Made by a program: the position numbers and the translations under genes. Below, piece by piece: positions 20,971 through 31,845 of a stretch of 64,000 bases of DNA (position 1 is its first letter; every line of letters starts with the position of its first letter). The DNA is from Nemertoderma westbladi (lineage: Eukaryota > Animalia > Xenacoelomorpha): positions 1 to 64,000 of the forward strand of contig JAUCBJ010004830.1 of NCBI GenBank assembly GCA_032718475.1, read 5' to 3'. The notes below the pieces were generated by a model. It saw only the letters and a program-made list of their open reading frames with translations, made no database searches and was not told the origin of the DNA.

Positions 20971-23325
20971 CCCCCTCTCGCTGCTAACTCTCTGTTGTGG
21001 GGTCCTCGTAGCTCCCCCCCACTCGCTACATCTAACTTCGCTACCTCTCTCCCCGCTATTATATACCTCTCTAGTCGACACATCAACCCTACTGCGGTCG
21101 GGTCCATTCACCCCCGCCTCTCCCTCTGCTATTGCGTGGCCTACCAGGCCCTCTACTCCCTCCCTACCAACTACGTGGCCTACCAGGCCCTCTGCTCCCT
21201 GTCTACTAACTACGTGGCCTACCAGGCCCTCTGCTCCCTGTCTACTAACTACGTGGCCTACCAGGCCCTCTGCTCCCTGGTTATGCAGGCCCGACGCGTT
21301 TACATTAATAGCACCCATATTGGAAACGGAATTATTTTGCTCGTTTGGAACAAAGTTATTTGTATTATTCTGCACGACTACGTTATCTGAATTATTTTGT
21401 AAATTCGGGCATAGGTCATTATTTAAATTATTCGAATTATTTTGCGTAATTGCGTTATTTAAATTATTTTGTAGATTCGAATCTGGGTTATTATTTTGAT
21501 TATTTGAATTATTTTGCGTAGCTACATTAATATCAGAATTATTTCCTACATTAATACTAGGGGCTTTCTGATTTAAATTTAAATTACTACCACTATGTAA
21601 AGCATTCCCTGTAATAAAGGTTTGATTAGTGTTGTCCCATACGGTATTATCAATATTAACAACGTCTACTGTACCATTATTATTATTACCCCCCCCGCCC
21701 GTACGGTCGCACCAGTCTTGAGTCTGTCGTGCGGTCCCTGTCAGTGGGGTATTAATAAATGTATCTACGGCCCCCGGCTCCCTAAAAATACTCGAGCCGG
21801 CCCCGCATTCAGACGGCGACGCTCGCACCAGTTGCAGCTCGTGTGCCCGTCTAATCTTATCTCCCGCAAACTCACTCTGCCGTCTCTCTAATTCCTTGCG
21901 CTCTTTTTCAGTCTCTGCCATTCTCCTCTCACGCTCCTGGGTGTCCCTGATGGCCGACTCTGCAGCACTCTTAATGCTCTCCCTTCGTCTCACTTCGCGC
22001 CCCTTGCCTTCCTTTTCCCTTCTCGCTTCATACTCCTTGCGTTCCTTTTCCCTTCTCGCTTCATACTCCTTGCGTTCCTTTTCCCTTCTCGCTTCATACT
22101 CCTTGCGTTCCCTTTCCTCCCTTGCCTCACGCTCCTTGCGTTCCGCCTCACGCTCCTTGCGTTCCCTTTCCTCCCCTGCCTCACGCTCCTTGCGTTCCCT
22201 TTCCTCTCTCGCCTCACGCTCCCTACACTCCCTTTCCTCTATCTCATCATACTCCCTTAGGCTTTTCAAAGCCCTTTCGGCCCTCTCTCCGGTTTCTTTA
22301 AGCAATGCCGCTTCCCTCTCTAACCGCACTCTCCCCTCCTCTAGCCGTTCCTTCATTTCTCTATGACCTTGCTCTGCCATGCTGAGACGGTATGCGGCAC
22401 CTATTTCCCTCACCGCTCTTTCTTTCGCGGAGGATGTAACAGACTTATCGGTTACGACGGACTTCCCCCGCCTTCCCGACCTACCAACTTTCCCCCGCTT
22501 CCCGGAGCTTTCTCCGACCGACGAGGCCGAATCCTCGGGGTTAACCTCGGATTCGCCTCCCTCGAGTCCCCTCCAACCCGCCGGTTTTACTCCCCGGGCA
22601 TCGACCAAGTATGGCCCTATGTACACTGACGCTACGCTAGGTTCCATACTCCCACATTCCCATAGTTCAAACAGTTCCCCGGCAATCTCATGTGCTCTCG
22701 TTTCGGCTAGTTCTCTCTGCCCAAAACGTATTAGATAATTAAAGTGTCTATCCGACTCACCTAGTCACTTTCTCAGTCTCACCTCGTCTACCTTTGCCCC
22801 TTCCTTTTTGGCATCCTTTAGCATCCTCCGGGCCGCGATGTAGGCTCGTCGAAGTCGCTCAGAGACCCCGACGTCCTCCTCGCCGACTTCTCCTCCGTCC
22901 CTCCGGGTTCGACGTCGTACCGGCGGCTCCACCGTCGCCGTTCCGGTGGGCCGTCCGTCGCCCTCGGCCTGTAGCTGGCCGGCGACATCGGTACCGATCT
23001 CTCCTCCGTCTCTTCGCGTCCGGCGTCGCACCGTCGGCCCCACCGTCGCCGTTTCGGTGGGCCGCTCGTCGCCCTCGGCCGGTAGCTGGCCGGCGACATT
23101 GGCGCGCCGTTCTCCGTCTCGTGTCGACTCGTCTCCATCTCCCTCCATCTCGCTCCCTTTCTCTCTTGGCTCGACTTCGGGTTCCAGACTCTCCTCGTTC
23201 TGGACTTCCGGTTCGCCCGTTATCGATGGCTCCGGCGTCGTGGGCCTGTATCGCTTGGTCGCGGCCTCGTGGATCGTTTGATCTTCGTCCGGGGTCCGCG
23301 TCGGTGTCTCGCCCAATTCACTCAT
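20917..23325 (-). CDS. Long low-complexity N-terminal extension of gag, split by one in-frame TGA at 22765-22767
   Basis: ORF 22765-23325 and ORF 20917-22647 are in the same frame with 39 open codons between them. Contains E/R/K coiled-coil 33-bp repeats, an Asn-rich segment and 39-bp QGAEGLVGHVVSR repeats. Confidence 0.75.
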
Positions 23326-23405
23326 CTCGTCTGGTCGGTGGAGTTCGGCTAGCTAGCAGTGTAGTTCTTAGAGTTTAACTGGGGCGGCAGCTCGGATTTA
23401 GTTAC

Positions 23406-23947
23406 TGTGACGGGATCCAGGAGGGATCCCGATTTATCCGATGTGGTAATTTAGTCCACGCGTCCCCGCCGTGTATAAGGGTGGAATAAAGTAACTGAGT
23501 TCTGAAGTTCGGTGTATAATAATAATAGGGCATAGGATATAGATATAGATATAATGTGTACAAGGCGGGATACGGTAACTAAAGTCCCGTGATCCCCTAA
23601 CTAAACTAATTGACTACCAACCTACGCTAGCACTGCTACACTGAGATAACTGAATCACTGATTAATAGGTTATTGGTTATATTGCACGGTGGCCTTACTG
23701 CTACTCAATCGATGCCTTTCCCCCCCTCTGATTGGTTAATACCCTTGTTGGCGCCCCGTGGAGTATTCCCGTTCACTCCACCTGTTCTCTCTGGGTTAGG
23801 GGTTTGGCCCCTGACCCTCTATTGTGTGCTTCCTTCCCACTCTTATTGGGATGGCACGAGTTGGTTAATTGCCCAATCTCGTGGCTCCCAATATTGCTTA
23901 TCGGCTTATAACTTTATGGGGTGTTGGCGGGATTGAATAAGCTAACA
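23406..23947 (-). repeat. 5' LTR of the BEL/Pao element (542 bp)
   Basis: Direct repeat of 9473-10013, upstream of gag. Confidence 0.96.
23648..23681 (-). promoter_or_regulatory. Candidate LTR core promoter (TATAA at -30, TCAGTT initiator, +1 near 23651)
   Basis: Minus strand TATAA starts at 23681, exactly 30 nt before the A of TCAGTT. Supported by spacing only. Confidence 0.45.
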
Positions 23948-24700
23948 CCTACTTCTAAATGTCATGTTTTGCATATTGGGAATCGTAAACTGGATTAAAG
24001 TGATTATGTTCTCAATGGTAATTGTCTCAAAGTTAAAACTAGTTGTAAAGATCTAGGTATTACCATGTGCAACGATTTAAAATTTAGTAAATACTGTAAG
24101 GAGCAGGTTCTTAGGCATACAAGGTCATAAATATTATATTTCGGTGTTTTTATTCTTCCAATGTGAAATCATTGTTAACTGCTTATAGATCCTACATGCG
24201 ACCATTATTAGAATTTAGTACAGTTGTCTGGTCACCCCATCAGCTTTTCAATATTAAACTAGTTGAATGTGCGCAACATTATTTTACCCGCAGGCTTTCT
24301 AAGAGGTGCAATATCTCATACCTAGATGATAGCTACCTAAATAGGCTGGCATTTCTTAATTTGCAACCTCTCCAAGCTAGGTGTATTATTTTTGATTTGC
24401 GTTTGGTGTATAACATGTGTCATGGTAAAGTAGATATTCAGTTTGGCGATTTTTTCGAGTATGTCCAACGCCCGGGTCTTCGTGATCATAATTACAAGTT
24501 ATACATACAGTCTAGCCGCTTAGTAATCTCAAATAACCGTTGTTCCCAACGTACAGTAAATACTTGGAACAGTTTACCTCACGATGTTGTTAATGCGCCG
24601 AATGTTATCACTTTCAATCATTTGCTTAAGAATGGAGATTTAAGTCATTTGTATAGTTTTAATTAATTATGATTTATCTATACGCCTATTTGCAACCTCT
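23948..24700 (+). mobile_element. 3' part of the interrupted CR1-clade LINE
   Basis: SKCHVLHIG..KDLGI, YRSYMRPLLEFSTVVWSPH, RTVNTWNSLP; continues directly from 9472. Confidence 0.9.
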
Positions 24701-24892
24701 CAACCTAATTTACATACCTGTACGATTATGATGTTTTTATTTGTTGTGAATGTTTGTAAAATTGGTTTTTACATCTAATTAGTATTTTTAATTTTATCTT
24801 TAATTTTAGTTCGCGATATCAGTTCGTTCAATTTTATCAGTTAGTTCAATTTTAATTCGTAATATCAGTTTGCCTAAGCGCATCCTGTTAAC

Positions 24893-25006
24893 AATTGCCG
24901 AAATGCAACTATGAGTTGCCGAAATGAATCACTTAGTTGCCGAAATGCAACCTTGTTACCATGTTGCCGAAACGCGGCTATAACGCATGTATCAGTTGCC
25001 GAAACG
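24893..25006. repeat. Cluster of five ttgccgaaa motifs, typical of DNA-transposon subterminal repeats
   Basis: (g)ttgccgaaa(t/c)g repeated at ~20-30 bp spacing. Confidence 0.55.
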
Positions 25007-26246
25007 CGATGACACCAGATCAAAGCCTCAATTATAGTCATGGTACTGATGGAAAACACAGTATAACGAGTTGATACACTAGTATTTCAAATTATATTAT
25101 TTACTATTATTAAAGTAAATTGAAAAATGTCTAATTGAGGTGTATTTATGAACATTGGTGAAGAATATTTTAAGAAAACGATGGATAAGAAGATAAACGA
25201 TGGAATACAGAGTTTGAATTGTCGGAATGTTGCCCAAAAGGTATTGCAGATTGGATTTCTGGTATGACAATGGCTATTGGTGTGCCTGACCAATAATATC
25301 TTCTTATGCCTCTTCTCCCAGTTACTGCGCACTGCTCATCTAAAGTTGTGGTGAAGGCTTCCGAAACTCACAAAGAACCAATGAACCACAGGCCGAACTT
25401 CTTAATTTGGAATGGATAGACCTTCAATGTAGGCCTGTGGTAATGGATTCGTAAAAAAGAAAAAAAAACTTTGAACTTTGTAAAACCTCAACTAGTGATG
25501 ATATATATGCCCTAGATATTGTTAATTCCAATGGTGAAAGTGACATAGAAAACTTAATTAATGAAAGTGATACTTAATTTTTTGCTCCAGAAAATAATAA
25601 TAAAAATGATGGGATGGATTTATTACCTGTATCTAAATGAAATAATAGAGAACAAGCGAATTAAGAACGACTCAAGATCGGAGTACCAGAAGCACACATT
25701 CACTTCCCTATGCAAGGTTCACCTGTGGCGATGTCTACTAACGGTAGTACCAGACACCAGTAGACCTGTAGTTGATATCCTGGGCAGGGTGGTTAGTTCA
25801 ACTAGTACACAATTACCCAAAGAGTAGGTCGGTGTTGATGTCCCATGGAGGTGGACCACAGTTAGTTCTACTACCGTCAACTGGGGCAACATTGATAGAG
25901 TTGGGTAACATTGTTATGACAAATTTCAAATCATTTGTTTTTGACTTGCCTGCATAACCCTTAATGTTACACTTAGGCTGTACTGGTACCTGGACAGGTC
26001 GGCCGGTATATAAATAATAATATTAAACAATAATAATAATAAAATAAATAAATAAATAATAAATAAATAAATAAATAAATATTAATAATAAATAATAACT
26101 TGAATACTTACTGGTAGGCCTCATAACAGCATAATGTAATTATAATTGCATTATAATTATATTACATTGCATACAGTGCAGTAGTACTGTAGGTTTAACT
26201 GTATTATACCTAATAACCTTATTATCATTTATTAATTTTATACAAC

Positions 26247-26504
26247 ATGGTGCGGACATACACACGTCGTAAGCCAGGGAAACGAGGTTACCAAAATTAT
26301 ACTTCGGAGAGTATGGAAGCAGCAATTAAAGCCATTTCCAAGGGTACATCGATTAAAAAAGCCTCAAAAATCCAGAAAATTCCTTTTGGAACTCTTTGGA
26401 ACCATGTTCACAAATATAAAGATGGGAAAGTTGGGGCACCTATTGTCTTTGCTACATCAATGAATGCAACAAAGTCTTCACGTATAGCATTATCAGTAGT
26501 ATGA
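26247..26504 (+). pseudogene. Pipsqueak-type HTH N-terminus of a pogo/CENP-B-like transposase, truncated
   Basis: MVRTY..Y..ESMEAAIKAI..G.SIKKASK..KIPFGTL pattern. Confidence 0.75.
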
Positions 26505-26898
26505 TAAACAACTTAAATAAAACAGCGTCTGCCATAGTCTACCATGTTAAAGAATTTGCCGAACGGCTCTTGCCCCGCCTACTTACTATGATTACCATTG
26601 TGTCACCCCGCCCACTTACTATGGTTACCATTGTGTATATGTAACATATGTCACCACTGTGTATATGTGACATGTGGTATAAGGCCAGTCCGCAGACGGA
26701 AGTAATTTAATTAATTCGTGTCTACCGGTTGGTGTTTGACCTTGAACCGCAATAGGTAAAACCCAATATCGCTAAGCAACAAGTTGTAGGGCGAGCCGCG
26801 AATTGAGTGTAAGGTTATAGTATTTATAATATTATTTTTAATTTGATTATTATACTTAAATCCATCACCATTACTATTTTAAAATTTGATGTTGCAGG

Positions 26899-28003
26899 TT
26901 GTCTCGCCCGAATTACACCTACCGTGGTTACACGCTATCCTGCCCGACATGCTCTGATGATTTTGAAAACTTCGATTCATATATCGAACATAGTTGCCAT
27001 CAAAACCATTACAATTCCCGCAAACGCAAACATAACCAAAAACAATCAGAACCGACATTTCAACCGGATCTCAACGTTGGTTCGCCTGTAAGCATTACAA
27101 ACAGCTCAGATACACCCAACGAAGGTTTTCATCTCTCAAAAACATGTCACGAATCACGCGTTCAGGAATTTACTCATAATGTACCATCTAATGAGATGTA
27201 TCTGGATGTGCCGAATTATTTAAATTATATGGGGATATATGCTTCGCGCGCTTTTAACATGGGTGCATCGGCTTTTATTGATATGTTTTATAAAGTGTGG
27301 GTGATTGCTTCGGTGATAATGGAACGTGATGATGCTAATTATACTCTACAAGAAGAATTCCATTTTACTTCAATCGGTACAGATAATTATATTGAAAATA
27401 GCTCGGATTTTGACGAATGACTACACAGTCATTTCCCATATCGGTGAAAAAATATCACAATTTATTAGGCGGGGTAGCGGTTGGAAACTTGTAACTCTAT
27501 CGCGCATCAAACTTACTATTGCGTCATACTTGCGATCGGTATATCGTTTTGGACATAGCGGTGATGCCAACCAATCAATCCCGACAAAATTAAAAAATAA
27601 AGATTGTATAATAAATGTACCATGTAATGAAGGTGAATGTTTTAAGATAAATTTTGAAAAAAATAATCCAAATTATTTAATAAATTTATTGTATTTCGAT
27701 AGAAGTAGCGAAAAAATTCCCTTTCTACGACAACCGAGCGCTAAAAAAGCTGAAGGTAAAAGATTGCTAAATTTATTGCTTATTGAATGTCAAAATTTAA
27801 CCTCAACAAATCACATCGTCGGGGTTTCTAACTTAAATAGATTATTTAATGGTCGCGGGGAAGGCAATAGCGACACTCATTGTCATCATTGTGAGCGGTG
27901 TATTCGTGGCTTCTACAGTCCAAATGCGTTAGAACGTATGGGTATGAACGTTGGGCGCAAACGTAAAAAGCGAAATAATAAATGTCGTGATATTTTTATG
28001 TAA
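26899..28003 (+). pseudogene. Polinton/adintovirus pPolB N-terminal region (C2H2-like finger, GSGW, IINV..CF, CERC), frameshifted and truncated
   Basis: CPTC..H....H; F.RRGSGWKL..I..Y; IPTKLKNKDCIINV..ECF; FEKNNP; H...SNLNRL..CERC..F.S..AL. No polymerase catalytic motifs remain. Confidence 0.65.
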
Positions 28004-28010
28004 CTTAACA

Positions 28011-29261
28011 ATGAGTAAATTAGAATTATCATTATTCTCGAGTAAAACAAATCAGCGAGAATATACATCTTCACATTTTTTGGATATCTACCCGATTTCT
28101 ACTCTTGACGCGAATGCCAGGCAAATAGAGTTCTTTATACCCCAGTCAAATGTTCTATATACTGATTTAAAGAATTCGAAATTTCACATTAAATATAAAA
28201 TTACATGGGATGGTAATAGGGCTAACGACGATACAACCCTCCACCATCTCAATTACCCGGGTGGGTCACTATTTGAAAATTGTTCGTTGTACCTAAATGA
28301 AAAGCTAGTTGAAACCTCGAATGGGTTCTACACCTATAAGTCTACGTTTCAGACATTACTGTTGACAGATGCTAACGAAAAACGCGGTATTTTAAGAGCT
28401 GGCGGTTATGAAGATACAGATAATAATCTAGGCGGGGTACCTGTCGCTACTGAGAATGATGTTCGTGGGAATTATGTTAAATTCGTTGTGGCCCCAATTT
28501 TTTTAGACCTAACAAGCCAAGACAAATTACTGCCGCCAGGAATTAACATTCGACTTTGTATAGACCGAGTATCGAATAATTTTTTTTTGAAAGTTGAACC
28601 CCCCGCAGGATTGGTAAACCCAAGAGTTGAAATTATGAATATTAATTTAAAAATAAAACGTCACAGGATTGATGCCGAGGTTATGTGCGCGCATTTGTTG
28701 GGGTCACAAAAAAATGTCTTTATTTATAACTTGTTAAAACAAGAAGTGAAAACCTTCACTATTGGTGGCGGACAGTCCAGTTATACAGAATCGAACATAA
28801 TCCAAGGGAAATTACCTAAGTATATTTTGATTGGAATGCTTACCAACGCCAGCTTCAACGGGGAATTAAGCAGTAATCCGCTACATTTTAACCATTTCGG
28901 TTTAAATTATGCCGAACTAAACATCGACTCCCGTATTATACACGGGTATCCATATCGCCCTAACTTTCCGGAAAACAATTTTATGTTGGAATTCGAAAGT
29001 TTAATGAACGTGTTCAAGAGCTTGAGCGGCGTATTTTGCTCGCTAACACCAGAATGGTTTCGTACCCAATTTCCTTTGATCGTATTTGATCTTACCGTGG
29101 GGGGCGATCAAAGCCATGAGATTCATCCTAGTATACATACAAGCGGGCATTTGATTCTGAAATTTAGTAATGCGCTAGTTAACACTATTAACGTTATATT
29201 AATGGCAAGCTATGACGCTCTTCTATCTATTTCGGAAGCCAAGGAAATAATAACCGAATAA
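28011..29261 (+). CDS. Polinton/adintovirus major capsid protein (double jelly-roll), open frame
   Basis: ELSLF..Q, YPIS..IEFFI..YTDLKNS, SLF..LYLN, Y.YK..QTLL, DL..QDKLL, GKLPKYILIGM..FNG..SNPLHFNHF. ATG at 28011; AATAAA at the stop. Confidence 0.88.
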   Translation: MSKLELSLFSSKTNQREYTSSHFLDIYPISTLDANARQIEFFIPQSNVLYTDLKNSKFHIKYKITWDGNRANDDTTLHHLNYPGGSLFENCSLYLNEKLVETSNGFYTYKSTFQTLLLTDANEKRGILRAGGYEDTDNNLGGVPVATENDVRGNYVKFVVAPIFLDLTSQDKLLPPGINIRLCIDRVSNNFFLKVEPPAGLVNPRVEIMNINLKIKRHRIDAEVMCAHLLGSQKNVFIYNLLKQEVKTFTIGGGQSSYTESNIIQGKLPKYILIGMLTNASFNGELSSNPLHFNHFGLNYAELNIDSRIIHGYPYRPNFPENNFMLEFESLMNVFKSLSGVFCSLTPEWFRTQFPLIVFDLTVGGDQSHEIHPSIHTSGHLILKFSNALVNTINVILMASYDALLSISEAKEIITE

Positions 29262-29355
29262 ATAAAGATCTCGCATAGTACAAAGTAAGCGAAGCCGCAC
29301 CGCCTGTGGAATTAGAAAAATTATCTTAAACTTTTAATGATACGCGCACGCTAAG

Positions 29356-29795
29356 ATGTTGGACTCTATACAATTAGCGAAATTCCCGGTGGGGCCTGAA
29401 TACATCGGTGTTTATGCAATCGACCAATTACACCTAATACACGCAAAAAAAATAAGCATAAACAAAATTATTCATTTATTATTAATAATCAACGTATAGG
29501 CCTACCGGGGCAACACTGGTCTTGTGTACGCATGGTTAACAAAATTGCTTATTATTTAGATTCGTTTGGTAAAGCCCCACCACCGAAAATATCATATTGG
29601 TTGCATAAATATACCCAAAGGCATACTTGGAATCGTTAAATATTTCAAGCGCCACATTCGACTCAGTGTGGTCTATTTTGTCTGTATTATCTAACCGAGG
29701 TGCCGAAAAATCCTGGAGCAATGAATATATTCACCTCTAATTTGCGGTACAATGATTTATTGTTATTACTGTGGACACTTTCATTAATAAAATAA
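29356..29795 (+). pseudogene. Adenain-like cysteine maturation protease (not in the ORF track)
   Basis: Manual translation: IGVYAIDQL (frameshift in A-run near 29450) FIIN..PGQHW..YLDSFG..(one TAA)..FQAPHSTQCGLFCLYYL. Catalytic H-D-(Q)-C order present; directly downstream of the capsid gene. Confidence 0.85.
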
Positions 29796-30395
29796 TTTAT
29801 TTATTTTGGTTATGGGTATATTCAATTGCGGTGTGTGAAAATATTATTAGCATTAATATTAATAATAAATATTTATTTCTTGGGTATATAGTAATAGCAA
29901 TATTTTTAATAAATATATGGGACGCGGTAAGTGACATGGGTGGGGTCTTCACGCGGCACTATTCGTTTTTTAATTTTCATTGTCAATCACTGAAACCTTG
30001 TGAGGTGAAGTCTTAGCGTGTGGGCACCAGTAAAACCGGTATAATCGGACATAGCCATATCGGGGCCCCAACTCTTTCCATTATATACCAAGCATCTGCC
30101 GCCCAACCTATGTGGTTAACACAAAGGCCAGAATCTCTATCCACGCTATGCGCATTAGACAATAATTAAACGCTCTAACGACAATCAAAGGTCTGGGTTC
30201 AATTTACTCACATATGTGACCGGTTTCACAAAAGAAATAAGCCATATATAGATACGAAGCATAGATAATTAGCCTTACCAAAATTAGCTAGTTCTGTTAT
30301 AATAGTTTACTATATTAACATTGGGAATAGCGATACTAAAATCACTTTAATATTTAAATTATAATATTATTCTTAATTTATTAATTTCAATTTCA

Positions 30396-30599
30396 ATGGC
30401 TGAAGGCGGTAAGAAACCAACGTTAGTTGTTCAACCCTTCGTGCATCATCCTTCAACATTTAAAAAATTGAACAGGATGAATCTAATCAGAGAGGCACAA
30501 AGGGTGCGGGCGATGCACTCGCCGGAGGTAAACTGGTGGTATAAAGATGATTTGGTCCCGGCGCGCCCGGCGATCGTCTTGCCGATCGCTGGGGGATGA
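30396..30599 (+). CDS. Small hypothetical ORF, possibly part of the Polinton cassette
   Basis: GC-richer ORF with ATG after an AT-rich leader and AATAAA about 110 bp downstream; no recognisable motif. Confidence 0.3.
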   Translation: MAEGGKKPTLVVQPFVHHPSTFKKLNRMNLIREAQRVRAMHSPEVNWWYKDDLVPARPAIVLPIAGG

Positions 30600-31147
30600 C
30601 TGATGTGCGTGTGCCCACCACGGATGATCGGTGAAACGCATACGCCACCTCCAACCGAAAATTAATGTAAGTAATAATTTCGACAATTAATATAATAACA
30701 TTAATAAATAAAATCAACAAATTCAACAATAGTACCTACATGCTAAAGGCTTTGCTTACTTCATGCTGCGTGAAGGCTCAGGACATTAGGTTAGCGTGCT
30801 ATAGCCAGATGCGTACCCCTGGAAGTCCAAATAGTTCTCTATACATGGGTGTGGTACCCAATCAATGTATGTATGCCCACCAAGAACCTAACCACCCATA
30901 CCGCACCCCCACCTCCAAAACCGACCCCCCACGCCATCCCCCCTCCCCCACCCCCACATCCACACTCCCACGCTCGGGTGTCTTTCTCTGCTGTTTTCAT
31001 TATTTGATTGTGGGGCTCTAAATTAAAAGAGCCACTCAGAAATTATATAATAGTGCTTTTACTTTTTTTTTATAGTGAGTGTTTAACAGCTGTGAAGAGG
31101 GCGTGGTGTAGTGTGGCGTATAACTGCCTTGGCCAGTAGCCGATAGA

Positions 31148-31392
31148 TGTTTGCAGGACATTGCTTTCGCCGTGAGGACCAGCCAGTGCATAATCTTGTA
31201 CTTTGGCAGCCTCATGCAGTGAATAAGAATGGTGGACAGCCTATGACTTTCTTGAGACGCATCTTAAAGGACACTGGCCTTGAAGAGCATTTCATGGGTG
31301 ATAGGGAGTTGTGGCGGGTCAATTTTGTCGACAAACCGGCACAGCATTCTTAATAATGCAGCTGCAATGCAGCATGTCGATCCTAGTAGTAA
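31148..31392 (+). mobile_element. RTE-clade LINE 3' fragment, copy 1
   Basis: FAGHCFR..LVLWQP..DRELWR followed by a (TAG)n tail; near-identical to 31990-32250 with a small deletion. Confidence 0.85.
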
Positions 31393-31394
31393 TA

Positions 31395-31770
31395 GTTTGT
31401 ACAGAACGGGCAGTAAAATATTGGGTCTTTGTTTTGTACAGAACGGACAGTAAAGTCTTGGGTCTTTGTTTTGTACCGAACAGGCAGTAAAGTCTTGGGG
31501 CTTTGTTTTGTACAGAACGGGCAGTAAAGTCTTGGGTCTTTGTTTTGTACAGAACGGGCAGTAAAGTCTTGGGTCTTTGTTTTGTACAGAACGGACAGTA
31601 AAGTCTTGGGTCTTTGTTTTGTACAGAACGGGCAGTAATGTCTTGGGGCTTTGTTTTGTACAGAACGTGCAGTAAAGTCTTGGGTCTTTGTTTTGTACAG
31701 AACGGACAGTAAAGTCCTTGGGTCTTTGTTTTGTACAGAACGGGCAGTAATGTCTTGGGGCTTTGTTTGT
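31395..31770. repeat. 37-bp minisatellite, ~10 copies
   Basis: Unit tttgttttgtacagaacgggcagtaaagtcttgggtc. Confidence 0.95.
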
Positions 31771-31845
31771 ATGCAATCCAACCTCCTTAGCAGCCCTCTC
31801 CACTTTATTTAGTAGAAGCTGTGCATCTGCTAGCATCTCCATCTC
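31770..31845 (-). mobile_element. Tiny RTE-like RT fragment
   Basis: AQLLLNKVERAAKEVGLH parallels AQRLLSSLEHAAFSVGLF in the 34951 RT. Confidence 0.5.

Larger units (their letters stand above)
9473..23947 (-). mobile_element. Full-length BEL/Pao LTR retrotransposon with an extra ORF
   Basis: Two near-identical TGT...ACA LTRs, a polypurine tract, gag-PR-RT-RH-IN order with BEL-type motifs, and a 5-bp TSD gctac/cctac. Removing it restores the LINE peptide WQLSVAT|SKCHVLHIG. Confidence 0.96.

Noticed and set aside
14881-23378. Many plus-strand ORFs antisense to gag-pol
   Set aside because: Shadow ORFs of a purine-biased coding strand; no motifs.
23381-23395. tRNA-like 5' sequence GGGGCGGCAGCTCGG on the plus strand next to the PBS position
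   Set aside because: Resemblance to tRNA 5' ends stops after ~15 nt and no cloverleaf forms; kept only as an alternative primer idea.
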